Assembly: GCA_040954595.2 (NCBI GenBank) | Contig: CM082585.2 | Coordinates: forward strand, 8,201,404-8,265,403 | DNA: 64,000 nt | Source of the DNA: Balanoglossus misakiensis | Lineage: Eukaryota; Animalia; Hemichordata | Direction of reading: 5' to 3' | Shown here: piece by piece, positions 50,436 to 64,000 of the stretch | Layout of the letters: every line of letters begins with the position of its first letter | How positions within the stretch are numbered: position 1 is the stretch's first letter | Made by a program: the position numbers and the translations under genes | The notes under the pieces: generated by a model | The model's database searches: none | Told to the model about the DNA's origin: nothing | Seen by the model: the letters and a program-made list of their open reading frames with translations, nothing else

Positions 50436-53400
50436 TTAATGGCACAGCTGATGTTCAGGCACAGAGCTCAGATGGTCTCTCTTACGCGGCGAAATTATAG
50501 GATTGTTTCCTACTGGCAAGGTTTATAGTTTGGAAATTCCTCAGGGACAGCACAGCAGTGAGACAAGTGCCATTCCATTTAGCGTTCATCAAGACGGAGA
50601 CTTGGCCAACGCCGGAATGATTCATTTTCATGAGAGATGTCGACAGAATGAACACTTTTCCACATCAGACTCTGCGCCGTCTTGTCGCACATCAATTGAC
50701 ACTTGCCACCAGGAATCCATTGATCAAAGTACCTTTAATCAGACGAGCTTCACATAACAGTGAATCATCCCTGAAATATTTAAGAGCATCTATGAAATTT
50801 CATACCATTGCAATGCACATAATAAACTCCAAAAGTGTATACATGCAGGCAGTTTGACAACGTGACCTTGAACATGATCTGTATGAAACATCCAGTGTAA
50901 GCCTCGGCTGTCTGGTCATGTTTAAAACATATTCGTTTTAACCAAGACCCCCGGTCAAGGTTGAAATGATACACCACAGAGAGAATTAAATCTGGTCTGT
51001 CTACATGCTTGAAAGTGTTTGACTTGGAGGCGACACAAGAAACTGTGAGGTTTTTTCCTAGTCTGTGCCCAAAATCAACTGTAAGCTGTCTGGGTCCACC
51101 AGGGCGAGCTTTAATGACACAAATACGCCCACGGCACACAGACACACACACGTACATGCAGACTAAGACATAAATTCCCTCTACATGTGGACACAATATC
51201 CATCAGATTGTTGTCACTGACACAGTTTTTCCACATTAAATTCGAGTCGACTTAAAAACTACTCAAAGCAGACAGACATAAGCGGTCCATTCTGAAATGC
51301 CATTTGCGTATTAGCTAAATTTAGCTATAAGGCCCCGTCTGGCTTTGTGAATTATACAGCCACATATGTCAGGTTTGGGGGTAGTGTACATAACTGGCAG
51401 ATCATTGACACCAGCGGGGATATTTCAATGCATTCACATAACATGGGGGCTGACTCAAAAAGGAAATATGACAAATTGGTTGCGGATATTTTTTTTGTAA
51501 TCACGACCCTACGGCAGACAAACATGTTCTCCTCTTTCAATTTCTACGCAGGGGGTGCCACCCACATCACTAAAACTGCACCCCTTGTGAGATCAGTTCT
51601 CAGTATATTCACAGATCCACTTTCGGGTCGTTGACTTAATGTATGCGTGGCTTTGAGGTCGTGACCTGAATGCACATGTGTGTGCGCATTGCTGGCTGGC
51701 AGAGTGGTTATCATGCTTTATGCATACTAATAGGGTCACACACACACGCAGGCAATCAGGAAAGAGATTTATGCTTCGGTCCTGGCACGGAATGACAATC
51801 ACGCAAGAAAGAGGTTATTGTGTCTATTGCATCATTCCTGAAAAGATCAAATGGATGACGTATCTGAGCTGAGACGTTAAAATTAAGTACGTTCTTCTAA
51901 GAAATGGGCTAAACTTGAACAGCCAATCAGAAGAGCGTGCGTGTATCAGGAAGAATGGTCATTGACATATATATTTATCATAAAGAAATTTAATTTGTAA
52001 ACAACACTCCGAACATGGAGTGTGTCATCTAGACAGGGCGATCAGGCGATACACCCTCCACTGACATGTTGGCACCCCCTGGCAAGTTGTAAAGGGGGGA
52101 CCAGTGCATGACCATACAATTGAAAAGTGGGATCTGAACCCAGCTTGTCTTGTATGACAGATTAGTGATTTTATTTGACGAATCACAGCTGTACTGCAAT
52201 TTTCTCACACATCCGTGTAGAAACTGTGAATAAACAATAAAATACTGAAACTATTGCCTCCTTTTGTAAACTTTGGTATCTCCTTACAAGAAAGGATACC
52301 GTTGTTTTGAAATCAATGTCCCTTATATCAAAACCCTTTCTTCAGATATTTTTCATTTCATAATTCAGGACTGCTTATATATAATATGTGCAGTCTGCAC
52401 TATCCACTAAGCTAAATGCTTTTTAAAAACTTGCCCGGGTTCAATGATAATTGCAAATTTTAGGGACTTTAGGCAGTGGCGCCCTCAACGCCCAGATTTT
52501 TTTACTGAAATGTCTTTGATTTTGCAGAAAAATGGGTGCAGACAAGTCGAAGCCCAGAAGCAAATGCGAGGGATAACATTTTCTCACGATAAAATGGTTC
52601 ACTACTGGTGTAGTTGACCACCAATCCAGCTATCAAATACTTCAATAGGGCACCACTTTTTGATGTTGGAGCTTGAATAAGGAACAATGCCTTTGTTTGT
52701 CATAGAGTATGCGGCTCTTTGAATACAATAGTCATTGGTGACCCCTAACAGCAAAGGTCAAATACAAAGAAATGTCTATTTTGAACTCAAACAAAAAGTT
52801 TTTCCAATAGAATTTTGACATGGGTGTAATCTACACGCGTTCACACTGTGGGTGTTTTTTGTCATATAAAAACTAGGATCTCATATTACCCTTAATAAAT
52901 GGTAAATGTCTGTTTAAAATTGTTCTAACAGACAGACAAACAAATAGGTACAAATAAATAATATCAGATTTTATTGAAAAGAAATAAATCGGAAAAGAAA
53001 TAATTCAGTTGCAAAAAAAAGTATTCAGTAAGTAAAGTAAATAATAATCGGAAAATGAAAAGAAAAATACAGAAATTTCTGGAGTAACATTTGTACTTTC
53101 TGTGAATAAACATAAAATGTGTTTATAAATCTTTCTCTGCATTGAGTCATTAACAAGGATTATATTTAAAAGTCAACCTTTCACCTATTTTAATTACTAG
53201 TAAGTTGTGTTATAATTATTCAAATGTTATTCCGAAACCCACTATTAAATTAACATACTGGGTGTTTAAAATTATAAATGACAAAATTAATTTCATTTTA
53301 ACAGATTGCAGAAAAGTACATTTCACCCTAATGTTACTTTTAAGGATCTCCGGCTAGTGATTCAAAATATCAAGACATTCACAGTCTTTCATAAACTGCA

Positions 53401-54323
53401 TAGAACCCAGACAAAGCCAAAAGGTCACTCAAAATATCACACCACGATCTGTGTTGGCTCGAGTCCATGATGAAGACCCAGATCTAGAACATTACAAAAC
53501 CTATTCACTACAATCAGTGTGCCCTGGCCTTGGCCGCCCCCAGACTGACCACAATAACAATGACTCTGACCTACTTTATTGTTAAGTTTCACATGCAGCT
53601 GTGTTAAATGGGGTGAACTTGGGGACAAGGCTAAAGTCTGGTTAAAACCTGTCTGACATGTGGACTCGGATGCTGTGACTGGGACCTTGATTCAATTGTT
53701 AGAAAGGGACTACTGGTACATGTACTTTGTCTGCCTAGGTACTATACTGCAGTGTTGTCCCTGGACAACTAAAAGGAGTCTCCCATCCCAGTCACTCGCT
53801 TTTTACTTTGGGAAAGTAGTTACTCATTATCATAACAGTTTCATTATTATGAACATTAGCCATGTCGCAGTCAGTAAGGCAGTGAAGATACAATCTTGTA
53901 AAATTTGCCCTGAGATATATAAAACTATTTGTATCCAATTATAATTGCAATGGTGCCATGGTGACGTGGAATACAGTGGTCATTGTAGGCAAGCAAGTTA
54001 TTACCAGTAAATATTACCACTACTGATGGTGCAAAATGTTGTGCTTTCTTTGAAATGCAATGAGAAATTATTTTACATGTCTACTCAAAATTCGACCATG
54101 CTGCAAAGGTGGACAGATGTATCACTGAATGGAAAGGTTTGGAGGACCATCATTTTTATGGAAATCTGTCCCTGTGGTATGTACTACCTTAACACAAGAC
54201 AGGTTGTATTGGCAGTGGACACCTAAATAACAAGGAACAAGTTGCATGCACTTAAACATCTAGGGCTACTCACTTCAGGTGGCAATAGAAAGACCACTAA
54301 CAACTGATGAAAATTGTTTCTCT

Positions 54324-55861
54324 TTAGTCTTTCTCCCACCAGAGTTTCTCCATTTCTTGCACGTCTCCTCGGTGGGTCTGTTCAATGATGTTGGTCACTA
54401 AGTTTTTGATTTCACGGTGTACGTCTTCTATGCTCTGGCTGGCATCTATCGTCTGATAGGGGAGAGAAATTGAAATCATCTGTCAGATCAATCCTAAAAA
54501 GAACATTTTAGTGAGATTAGTCTCAGTGGGAACGTGATCTTGTGGCTTGGGCTGTCTTGTGAAACTGTACTGGATCATTGATATTGAACACCTATTGCCT
54601 GGCCATGAGGGCCATAGCAGCCGTTTATTACCCCCGAGGGCCTGTGAGTTACCAGAATCATATGCTTTTTCCCCGAGGCCGTACTTTATATAATAGTTCT
54701 ACCACTTGCCTTCCAGTCTTGGCCATGTAACTTTGTGTAATTCTCAGCCACTTTCTTTTGGAAATCTGTCTGTTCGTAGCGTTCTCCACCAAACTCCGCT
54801 CTTTTGGCTGCCTCTTCAGCGCTGAGGTTCAGATAAAGGACAAGGTCTGGTTTGGGTAGCCCTCTTTCTGGCTGTTTACACCATTCTACGCTCAACCCCT
54901 GTTATTACCAAAAAGATGATGCATTTCAGGGTTATTTCAACCAGGCAGGTAAATCTTCAATAATAAATTAGAAAGACTCACACTTAGCAATCCTTATAAC
55001 AAATGGCTATTTCTTTCACACTGGCTATATTAATTTTACAATAGTGTAGTGTTGGACAAGCGACTCACCTTTTTGGCAGCAGTAAACGCAACTCCCGAGA
55101 ATGAATATCGATCTACAATCAGTGTTGTACCATTTTCCATCAGTGATTTCATCCTTGGACTGCAGAGAAAATTAGTGGGGAGAGAGGGTTTGTTAATTTC
55201 ACTAATGTTAAAGCACTTATCATCACACATTTTACAGCAACTTTTTAATGTTGATTTCAACATCAAACTTTGACACTTACACGAGCTCCCATCTATTTGC
55301 AGCAAACAGAAGGTGTACAGCATGATCTTCTAGTTCACACCGCTTTTCTAAGTAATCACTGACAACTTTACCAATGGCAGTTGTTCGATCTGTCAAAAGT
55401 CAATAAAGGAGAAAATAAAATACAATGTTAATGGTACAAAGACAGATCACATGTTCTTTTCCAGTTTGCTAATTCATGACCATCAATTGGTTGGCTAAGA
55501 GTAATGGTTAGCCAATTGGCACCATTCTTTGTTCAGCCTTTGCTATTGTCTTTGTATTCGTATCACGGTATGCTAATGAGATGTGAGGTGTTAATTTTGC
55601 TGACCTCAGCTGACCATTGATGGCCTACGGGTTCTTAGGGACAAGTGTGAGCAATGCTTGGCCGCAACATCAGCTTCCTAAACTGAAGAAGCGATAGAGA
55701 CAAGACACTTTCATACCCGGAAATCGCAAAAACTCCACTTTCCGTCCATCTCCTCTCAGCGAGTCGACGAGTTTCTGACACTGCGTGGTCTTTCCGGATC
55801 TGTCGCAGCCTTCTAGAACAACCAGTGCACCTCTAGTCTTGCTAATGACCCTCGATGACAT
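54324..55861 (-). CDS. DTYMK: Thymidylate kinase (dTMP kinase), 5 exons
   Basis: Exons 55861-55717 (RGALVVLEGCDRSGKTTQ P-loop), 55389-55281 (DRTTAIG...HLLFAANRWEL), 55159-55069 (LIVDRYSFSGVAFT), 54898-54710 (GLPKPDLVLYL...FGGERYE; GC donor) and 54452-54324 (TIDASQSIEDVH...WEKD*). Phases are consistent. Confidence 0.97.
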
Positions 55862-56781
55862 GTTAGCTACTATAATAAAAGTGAAGAAACAAATACAAGG
55901 CTTGTCGATTTCACCGGCACCGATCAGCTGTTACATTCGAATATTGCGCGCAAGTCATCTGACCCGAGCTGACCCATCGAACCACGTGACCACAGGCTCG
56001 TACTTAAAATTTAGTATTCAATTCACATCATGAGAATGCTCACCTCTCTAGACTAGAAAACCTTTCGTGTAGTGCCCACTTGTCCTCCTACCCAATTGAA
56101 CCAGACTTTTACTGTTTCTTCTATGTTTTCAGATTCAGTCACGTGGAGGGCGCTTTTGGCACTCGAGTGGCAGTGCTTAAGAGCGCCCTCACTGGACGAT
56201 CTTCAGTCTAAACTTGGTGAAGTGGGTTAGACCTAGAAAAGGGTCATAAATTTAATTTAAGTCTTTTGAGTTGAGATGTCTTAAAAGGTTGATAACCAAT
56301 ACACCATAACCAGAGTTGTTCATCAAATAAAAAAAAATAATGTCCATTTTTCTGCAAACGAGATTTCTTGTAGTTTATTTATGGAAAACAATACGGTAAC
56401 ACTCAAAACACCAACAGATTAAATTACATTTGCATTCTATACTACATGTATTAATATATTCTCATAATATATATATTTTTTTTGTATTATATTATATTCC
56501 TATTCTCTTCCATTGAATTGTGTTTTGGATTTCACAAAAAGGCCTAGTTTAACAATTTTACTAATCTGACATGATTGCCATTTATAATGATCACCATTTT
56601 ATGATACCATGCACGTCATTTTCCCCGTGGAACTTTTACCGATTTTTCAAGCAAGATTTCAGATTCCAAGACTTTCCATAAAAGAGTGACACATATGCTA
56701 CAGGTTTGAGTGATAATTATGGAGTAATTTTCAAAAAAGCTCAACATACTAGGCGTCGTCGAAAGAGCACGAAGCCTGTGA

Positions 56782-58042
56782 CTATTTCAATTTTTTGTAT
56801 TTTACCGAGAGATGCTTTGATAGTGGTGTTTTGCTTGTTTCCATGTAAAGTTCTTGTTCCAGTTGATCAGGAGCAACCAGCTTGAAATCACGAACAATCT
56901 GCAAAAGAAAGTTGGAGAGTTATTTGCTTTTCTTTTATGAAAGTGTAATTGAGTATTTCATACTTTAAGTGCCAGCGAGAGCAAAGAGTAAGATTGGATC
57001 TCAACAGCGGAGATATTGAGTTCATACCTTCCGAACTGCTGGTTCTGATCCAAATGACATCCTACCAATTGTATGAGACTCCAAATGAATACTTGAATCA
57101 GTGAACTCCCCCTCAGACAGCTCCACAATACCTGAACAGGCAAGAAGAAAACTCGGTGATTGTTGCATGCCCAAGGGGAAACCATCCAAATACATGCAAA
57201 CATGTTTTGATGAAGGAAAAATCATGTGAGAAAAACAGACACCAAACAGTGTTTTCTATGGCAAGATTGTACCTCTAAAGAGAGAACTGGGGGTGAAAGG
57301 GTTAAGGTTTATCAATTCTCACCGAAATTATGAGATGCCAGGTAGGCAACTCGTGATGTTCCCGGTTTAATGCGGACATGTCCACTTTCCTTATGCAGTG
57401 GTTTGCCACCAATAAAGGCGTTTACACTGGAAAGAAATTAATCAAAGTATTGAGAGCTTATTGGTCAGATCAACACTTTCTGTAAGTACAAATCTATAGA
57501 AGTATATTCCTACACCATCCAATACAGGTCTCATGTCAATCAAGCCAGCTTACCTGAAGTTTAGGACTGGCTGTCCAACATGGCTGAATTCAAGCAAATC
57601 ATCATATTGGAATGTTTCAATGGTCGGGTATAGTCCTACGGCTGACTCAGCTTGCCATTTCCCCAGTAACCATGACAATGGTTTGATGACATCATGTATG
57701 GGTGCTTCTGTTGAAATGGACATAACTGATAAGTGAAGCTATCTGATTGGAAAGCTTTTTACTGTGGCTTATTGGGCTGACAGACAGTAGTTTACAAGCT
57801 ATTTTTGAAGGAGCCTATTTATATTCACAATACGGATGACACATGAGGTGCAGCATATCATAATTATGTACACATAGTGATCCCCCTATTTCCCAGTGAA
57901 CACATCCAACCTTAGTGCCAATATGCAAGCACTGTATAATCGTTGTAAGTCGAACAATGGATTATTTGAATGGTGAACTTTGACCTGTATTTATAGATAA
58001 ATGCTAAAAATAACAGCCACGCCTACCTGTCTCTGTACTCAT
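56782..58042 (-). CDS. THAP4: Nitrobindin (heme beta-barrel, peroxynitrite isomerase), THAP4 C-terminal-domain ortholog without a THAP finger; missed by the ORF track
   Basis: Exons 58042-58027 (MSTET), 57707-57554 (EAPIHDVIKPLSWLLGKWQAESAVGLYPTIETFQYDDLLEFSHVGQPVLNF), 57426-57323 (SVNAFIGGKPLHKESGHVRIKPGTSRVAYLASHNF), 57131-57028 (GIVELSEGEF...IGRMSFGSEPAVRK) and 56898-56782 (IVRDFKL...TPLSKHLSVKYKKLK*). PLSWLLG.W, YPT, H.GQP.LNF, P.H.E.G and the C-terminal His are nitrobindin motifs. Confidence 0.93.
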
Positions 58043-59149
58043 GGTGTTACACTTTAATCCGTTGCACAATCCGGGACATCTGTGGCAAGGAAATAATATC
58101 AGTCAGGCTATCCTATATTCACTGACTCACTATACAACATTAAGGTAGGTTTCATACAATTTACTAACACTGGGTAACAATAGTTCCAATGTGGTATGGT
58201 AGATTGGTACTACCGGTACCTAAAATAATAAATTTTTGGTTGTGTTTCTGTGGCCGTTTCTCATTATTGTCACTTCTCTTGTTTTGAAATTTGAACTGTC
58301 AATACTTCTTATCTGTTTGCACCAGGTCGACATAGCTCTGTGACTCAGTTTATGTACCATATCGGTACTTCTGTTCGGGTAAAGTGAAACTTATGTCTTA
58401 TGATCATATTCACAGCCATAGTTCAGAGAAATTTCTGTGTTATATTGTATCAGAATTGGCGAATGCATTTCCTCTACAAGCACTGCCAACCAGTTCACAG
58501 CAGCTGTGGCCATAAATGCATATCAATCACACTCATCCACCTACAAACAGTAGACAAGTTCAGCCAGCTCAGGCAAACAATAAACTAGGCCAGAGATTAT
58601 GCCTGGCACCACTTTACTATGGCAACCAGTTGACGAAGACACCAATAAAGAATGTGTACCACTACTATGTTCACAGTAAAAAATGTTATACTTGGCATAA
58701 TTGATAAATCACACACTTTGACCCAGCGTCATGTGGAGTATTCATGACAACTGGGTCAAAGTTGAGCCCAGGTCAGTTGAATCTCATGAAAAAGGGTGCA
58801 GGGTGTAAATAATTAAAATATTCATAATCCTGAGGCTGAGACAGTTAAACTCACAGCTGACTTTTTTCTCTCTCTCACTCTCATTACAGATCAAGCGATG
58901 CGATTGCTAAAATGATTCAAAAGTTACATCATTGAAAAGAACGTGACATTTAGTTGGTTGACCAATGACCTGAGTGATTTCTGGGGTAGCAGACGAATCA
59001 GAATGGCGCATATGCATTACTGGCACCCGCATGTCACCCCAGATTGCTACATCGACTTGCTGCAAGGTACTAGTAAGTTTTAATTTTAACTTCACGAATC
59101 AACACTACATATTTCATCACGCCAAAATACTTTCGCGCTGTGAATTACT

Positions 59150-59330
59150 CACTCAATTTCCTTCCTGTTCCACGTCCCCAAAATATTGAGCGTCGACTTG
59201 TTATTCGTTACGTTATTTGCGATTGGTAATTCCCGAGTATGAATGGAACTTTCTTCCAATTAGAACTTGTGATACAAATCTGAAATGGACATGCGCACTT
59301 GAAATGTTGTTGTTGGCTTCTCATCACAAA
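59150..59330. promoter_or_regulatory. Bidirectional promoter between nitrobindin/THAP4 (minus) and ATG4B (plus)
   Basis: A minus-strand donor gtgagt at 59152-59147 marks a probable non-coding first exon. The ATG4B ATG is at 59331. Contains an NRF1-like CATGCGCA (~59290) and CCAAT motifs. Confidence 0.6.
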
Positions 59331-62300
59331 ATGGACGACGTTATGAGTAATACGGGTAAGTGAATGAGTTCGAGTAAACGAGTGAAATGTTCGCTCATAA
59401 AACTAATATGGCAGAAATCGTCAGTTGCATTTGACGTGAACGCCAAAGGGGCTGACTTGCCGTGATCTGATGTATCTGATTTCTTGTATAGTAGTTCACC
59501 ACACCGGGTTTCACGTATCGATGTGATGACCGATTCATGATCACAGCTGACGATGGCATTTTAATATTCCTGACTCACGTTTGTATTGAAACAGACATGG
59601 GCAGGGCTCCGGCCGTCGTTGTTATTGCTCTGGGTCAGAAAGAGCCACAAATACACACAGTTAATGCTAGATGGTCTATTCTATTGTAGCCATGCTCGAT
59701 TTGCGTTGGCGAAAGTGTTGCTATTATTATGGTGAATGAGATTGGCCAGGACTCTCTGGGTTTCACTTCCTGTTGATTTGACGCGGGGCGTTGTTGTCCA
59801 TGATGTCAACCAAATTTGTATACAGTGTATTGTTACCCAGTCTCGTGACCATTAGAGCAGACCGAAAGCGCTCCTGTGGTATGCAGTCGACGCACTTGGA
59901 AGAATCTCTATAGTTCTTACGCAGCTTTCAATTTTGGTGTTGACTGTCTGTCTCAACTCATTTCATAGTCATCATGCATGACCGTCTACCTGGTCTACTA
60001 TGTTGAACGGACTTTATAATCCTCTAGATTTCCACAATATGTTTTTGGATCCGGCGGTTATTGTGAGCAGTAAGCGAGTCCAAGCACATACAGGTACAAG
60101 AGACATGTTTTTCTTCACATTGGAGAGATGTGTATAAACTTTTGTTCAGTAAACAATCCATGTAAATATAGTGACTAGCATTGGTTGTACCAAACTTGTG
60201 GTAATCAAATTATATTCACTGACAACACCAGGACTTTTGGCTGAAGGGGTGATGATGTCAAGGTCACTTAAGGTCACTCCATTCAAACTTCCGGCTGTAC
60301 AATTGAGCTGGTTGTAGTAGTTCTGTGTTTGTTGACTCTGGAGTCTGACCTTCATGTTTAGGAACTTCAAAATAACCTTGAAAGGAATCCTGTTTGTCCT
60401 TGTAATAGAGGTGTTTACGTTTATAATAGTTGTTTACATACTGTCTGCACCCAATCTTTCTGGTTGGTGTATTGCCGTTGTCAAAAACTGGGATGAAACC
60501 AATTTCAGTTCTGTTTTGAGATCAAATGAAATTTTATGTTTATTCTGCAGCGTGTGCCACTTACGAAAGTTCAACGCTAGAATTCGAAGATTTTCCGCGC
60601 ATTGATGAAGACGTGTGGATACTTGGGAAAAAATACAATTTGTCACAGAATCGCAATGAACTACACGAGGACATTAGATCGAGATTATGGATTACATACA
60701 GGAAAAACTTCACTGCCATAGGTGAGAAAATGTAAATTGCAGAGATTTGGTTCTTTGAAAAAGAAAATTCTTGTTGTACCATTTTCAGTTTGATACTACT
60801 CATATCAATGTATTAACTAATGATGATAAATGTTTCTGGTATATTATAGGAGGTACTGGGCCAACCAGTGATACTGGATGGGGTTGTATGCTTCGATGCG
60901 GACAGATGATACTAGCGCATGCGTTAATCTGCAGACATCTACACAGAGGTACTGTAACAATTGATTGGGCTGCTGTATGTCATGTGATGTCAGCCAAGCC
61001 AATGAAAGCATGGTACATTGTATATTCATTCCATGATTTAGTGAGAGTGGCATCATATAGTGTCAAAACTTGACGCTATCATCTTGAAAATTCTGTTTCT
61101 TTTGCTCTTTAGATTGGCGATGGAAATCCAAGGAAATCAATAGTGATGTATACAATAGGATACTCAAGTCGTTTCTCGACAGGAAAGACAGTTGTTATTC
61201 TATTCATCAGATAGGTAAGTTTACCAGTCTTTGCGAGGTGTTTGTTTGACTACTAACATGCAATGCTGTTATTTTGTTTCATATTATGCCTTAAAGTTGC
61301 AACTATCAGAAGAACGATTTCTTAGAATCGATACAGTGTTCATATAGAACATTTTTGTCATTTCAGCTCAAATGGGTGTAAGTGAAGGCAAAGGTATAGG
61401 ACAGTGGTATGGCCCAAACACTGTAGCGCAAGTTTTACGGAAGTTGTCACTGTTTGATGACTGGAGTAACATAGCTATACACATTGCAATGGATAACACT
61501 ATCGTAGTTGATGATATTAGTAAGTATTAGAAATTATGTTTATGTTTATGGGTCATGTTTGTCAATGCATGTGTTTAAAACCCAACAGCCGTGAATTCAG
61601 GCAGTTGTGGTGCCACTGTACGAATGATGCAGTTACCTAATTATTATCATCAACTTTTCTCAATCCCTGTTTTTGTAGAGTATAAATCCCCATTTCCATT
61701 AAATGGGAGCAACAGTAACACTGGCGCTACTTTTCTCTCTTTCACTTTCAGGAAAGTTATGCACATGTACAACAGGAAAGGGAAAAGACAACGCAGCCTC
61801 TGCAGCCAGTAATGCAGCTACAAATGTCACATCACCGTGGCAACCACTAGTATTATTTATTCCGCTGAGGCTAGGCTTAAGTGAAATAAATCCACTTTAC
61901 ATCGATACAGTCAAAAAATGTTTTACAATTAAGCAGTCTATCGGAATGATAGGAGGCAAACCGAACCATGCACATTATTTTATTGGGTATTACAGTAAGT
62001 ACTTTCTAAATTTTATTGTGATTAAAAAAAAAAAATTGAAGAGTGATATAGTATTGCCCATTTGTACATTGACTGAAACTTAACATTTGCTTACCTAGTA
62101 TTTTACTTGAATGTTTCAGAGGATACATTAGTCTATTTAGATCCACACACAACTCAACCAGCAGTAGATGTAAACAAGTGGGGAAGTGTTCCAGACAGCA
62201 GTTATCATACCAAAGAACCATGTCGTATGAACGTTATGCATCTTGACCCATCGATAGCTTTGGTAAGTATCATTTAACTCAACCAACGAAATGCACATAT

Positions 62301-63008
62301 CCTGTTAAGGGGTTCCTGACTATTCTGAATCCTATTTGCCTGGAGATGTACAGGTTTAACTTTTGCATGATATCACATGAACTGTCAGTTGTTGATAATT
62401 ATTGTTGTGATGTCATTTTATGTCCTCAGGGTTTCTTTTGTAAAGACGAAGAAGACTTTGTTGATCTCTGTAAGAGTATTAGCATGGTACGTAGGAATTC
62501 ATACTGTATAGTTATAATTCTACCAAATCAATTATATAATCATACATAGAAATTTTAGCAAAACAAATATTAAAATGTAATACTGCTATGATTTAGAACG
62601 AGCGTTGATTTGTTATTTCTCTCTTTTTATAGTTGGTCGTGGAGGGACAGGAACGCCCCATGTTTGAGATCACAGAAGAAAGGCCACATCACTGGCCTCC
62701 ATTTCAGCCATCCAGCAGAGTGTCTGACAGACCACTAGGTATGACATCTTGAGATTTCTTTGACTGCTGCGGTATTTGTGAGTAGGTGGTGATGTGGTGG
62801 TCTCATGATAGAGGCACAACCTCAGACCGGCGTGTAAAATTCTCAGAGGAATGCACAGATTTCCGATGGCTAATAACACAGCCTGTTTGATTTCTTAACT
62901 ATCTGAACTATCTTTGTGGTTCACACAGGGGCTGTGGAGTTGACGTACGATGTCCCGGACGACAAGGACATCAAGTACGATACAGACGAGGAATTCGAGC
63001 TCTTATGA
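59331..63008 (+). CDS. ATG4B: Autophagy cysteine protease ATG4 (ATG4A/B class), 10 exons
   Basis: Exons 59331-59355, 60551-60721, 60850-60948 (GGTGPTSDTGWGCMLRCGQM, catalytic Cys), 61113-61214, 61367-61519 (GQWYGPNTVAQ), 61752-61994 (PLRLG...GGKPNHAHYFIG), 62120-62262 (YLDPH catalytic Asp/His; LDPSIAL), 62430-62486, 62633-62738 and 62929-63008 (ends DTDEEFELL*, a C-terminal LIR). All GT-AG with consistent phases. Confidence 0.97.
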
Positions 63009-64000
63009 TGAAACAAGGCGGACTAGGTCCCGTCAACACTTCGCGGTATTATACACATTTACATTTACCACCGAGGGATGTGAACTAAGAGATGTACTCG
63101 TGTTCGACAGCGTTTGATGTTCAAAGTCATTGCCAAGATCTGTGAGCCAATATCGTCACCTGTGCCAAGCTGTGGTTTTGCAACAGTGTGTTTTTCGCTG
63201 ACCTGAGGGGCGTCCAGTATTTTAGATGTTTCCACCTTGACTTTGGTATTAAGTGTTGCGAGACTTCTGAAAAGTCCAAGACGTTTTTGCTTCAATCTTT
63301 CAGATGCCAGGTGTAAGAATCGATGAACTGTCAGATGTTGTGAAATGTACGCTGTGTGTCCGGTGGCAAATTTCCATGTATATTAAAATCTCAAGCTGCC
63401 ATTGTTAGTGGGCTGTTTGTGTCTTTTAGCTCGGACCCTTTCTGGAAATGTTTCTGCACACATCAGTGTTGCTTTTGTTATTGAAACTCTGTTCCAAAGT
63501 TGATTGGATAATGAAGCTCTTCGTCTCGGTTACGTGGGAAAATCTTCTGGCAATGTCGCATGATTTGAGGAAAACTATTGCTTAGTTAATGGAACACTGT
63601 ATGAAATTTCTTAGTTACATCACACTATAACTGACTCCACATAACTTATGCATGTATTGTTTAATGGGTTGCATGAGAAATTCTAAATTTCGTCACATGT
63701 AAGTTTACTATGTGCATCACAATAAGCTAGCCCCCAGCCACTGTAAAAATACAGGCCAACCAGTAAAACACAATTAATGACCTAATTCAGTTGAACATTG
63801 ACTCGGTTCGGTTCATTCACTTTTTCACCAATAAATGTATGCATTGACAATCACAAAATAGCCTCCACGACCCCTACTTAAAATATTTTAGCTTTGATGC
63901 CCCAATTCCCCAAATAATAGTCTTTTAAAAGTGATTGTGAAGACAATATTTAACAGCACATTTACTTTATGTTTTCCTTTTCTTTTCGATTTCCAGCTCG

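Noticed and set aside
1-64000. tRNA, rRNA, snoRNA or prokaryotic-type systems
   Set aside because: None were recognised by eye. A covariance-model scan (tRNAscan-SE, Rfam/Infernal) would be needed to exclude small RNAs.

Overview
Intron-rich animal genomic DNA. The gene content and repeats suggest a non-vertebrate deuterostome; this is inference only. The ORF track is mostly noise, so genes were rebuilt by hand from splice sites. Five genes were found: (1) the first three coding exons of a P4-ATPase flippase (ATP11-like, minus strand, running off the left edge); (2) a complete muscleblind-like (MBNL) gene on the plus strand (CDS 34409-45432); (3) thymidylate kinase DTYMK (minus); (4) a stand-alone nitrobindin, the THAP4 C-terminal domain without a THAP finger (minus); (5) ATG4B (plus), head-to-head with the nitrobindin gene. 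The MBNL locus is the most interesting part. It encodes six CCCH zinc fingers rather than the four of vertebrate MBNL1-3, and finger 6 is offered by two tandem-duplicated terminal exons. Two cassette exons each sit behind a ~150-nt AG-free, YGCY-rich intron end. The first appears to match the vertebrate MBNL1 exon-5 autoregulatory element at nucleotide level. Skipping the second would convert the 6-finger protein into a 4-finger one. The window also holds TTAA-flanked Kolobok-type elements (one 1.1-kb cargo-bearing element and an inverted pair of MITEs), retroelement relics and simple repeats.
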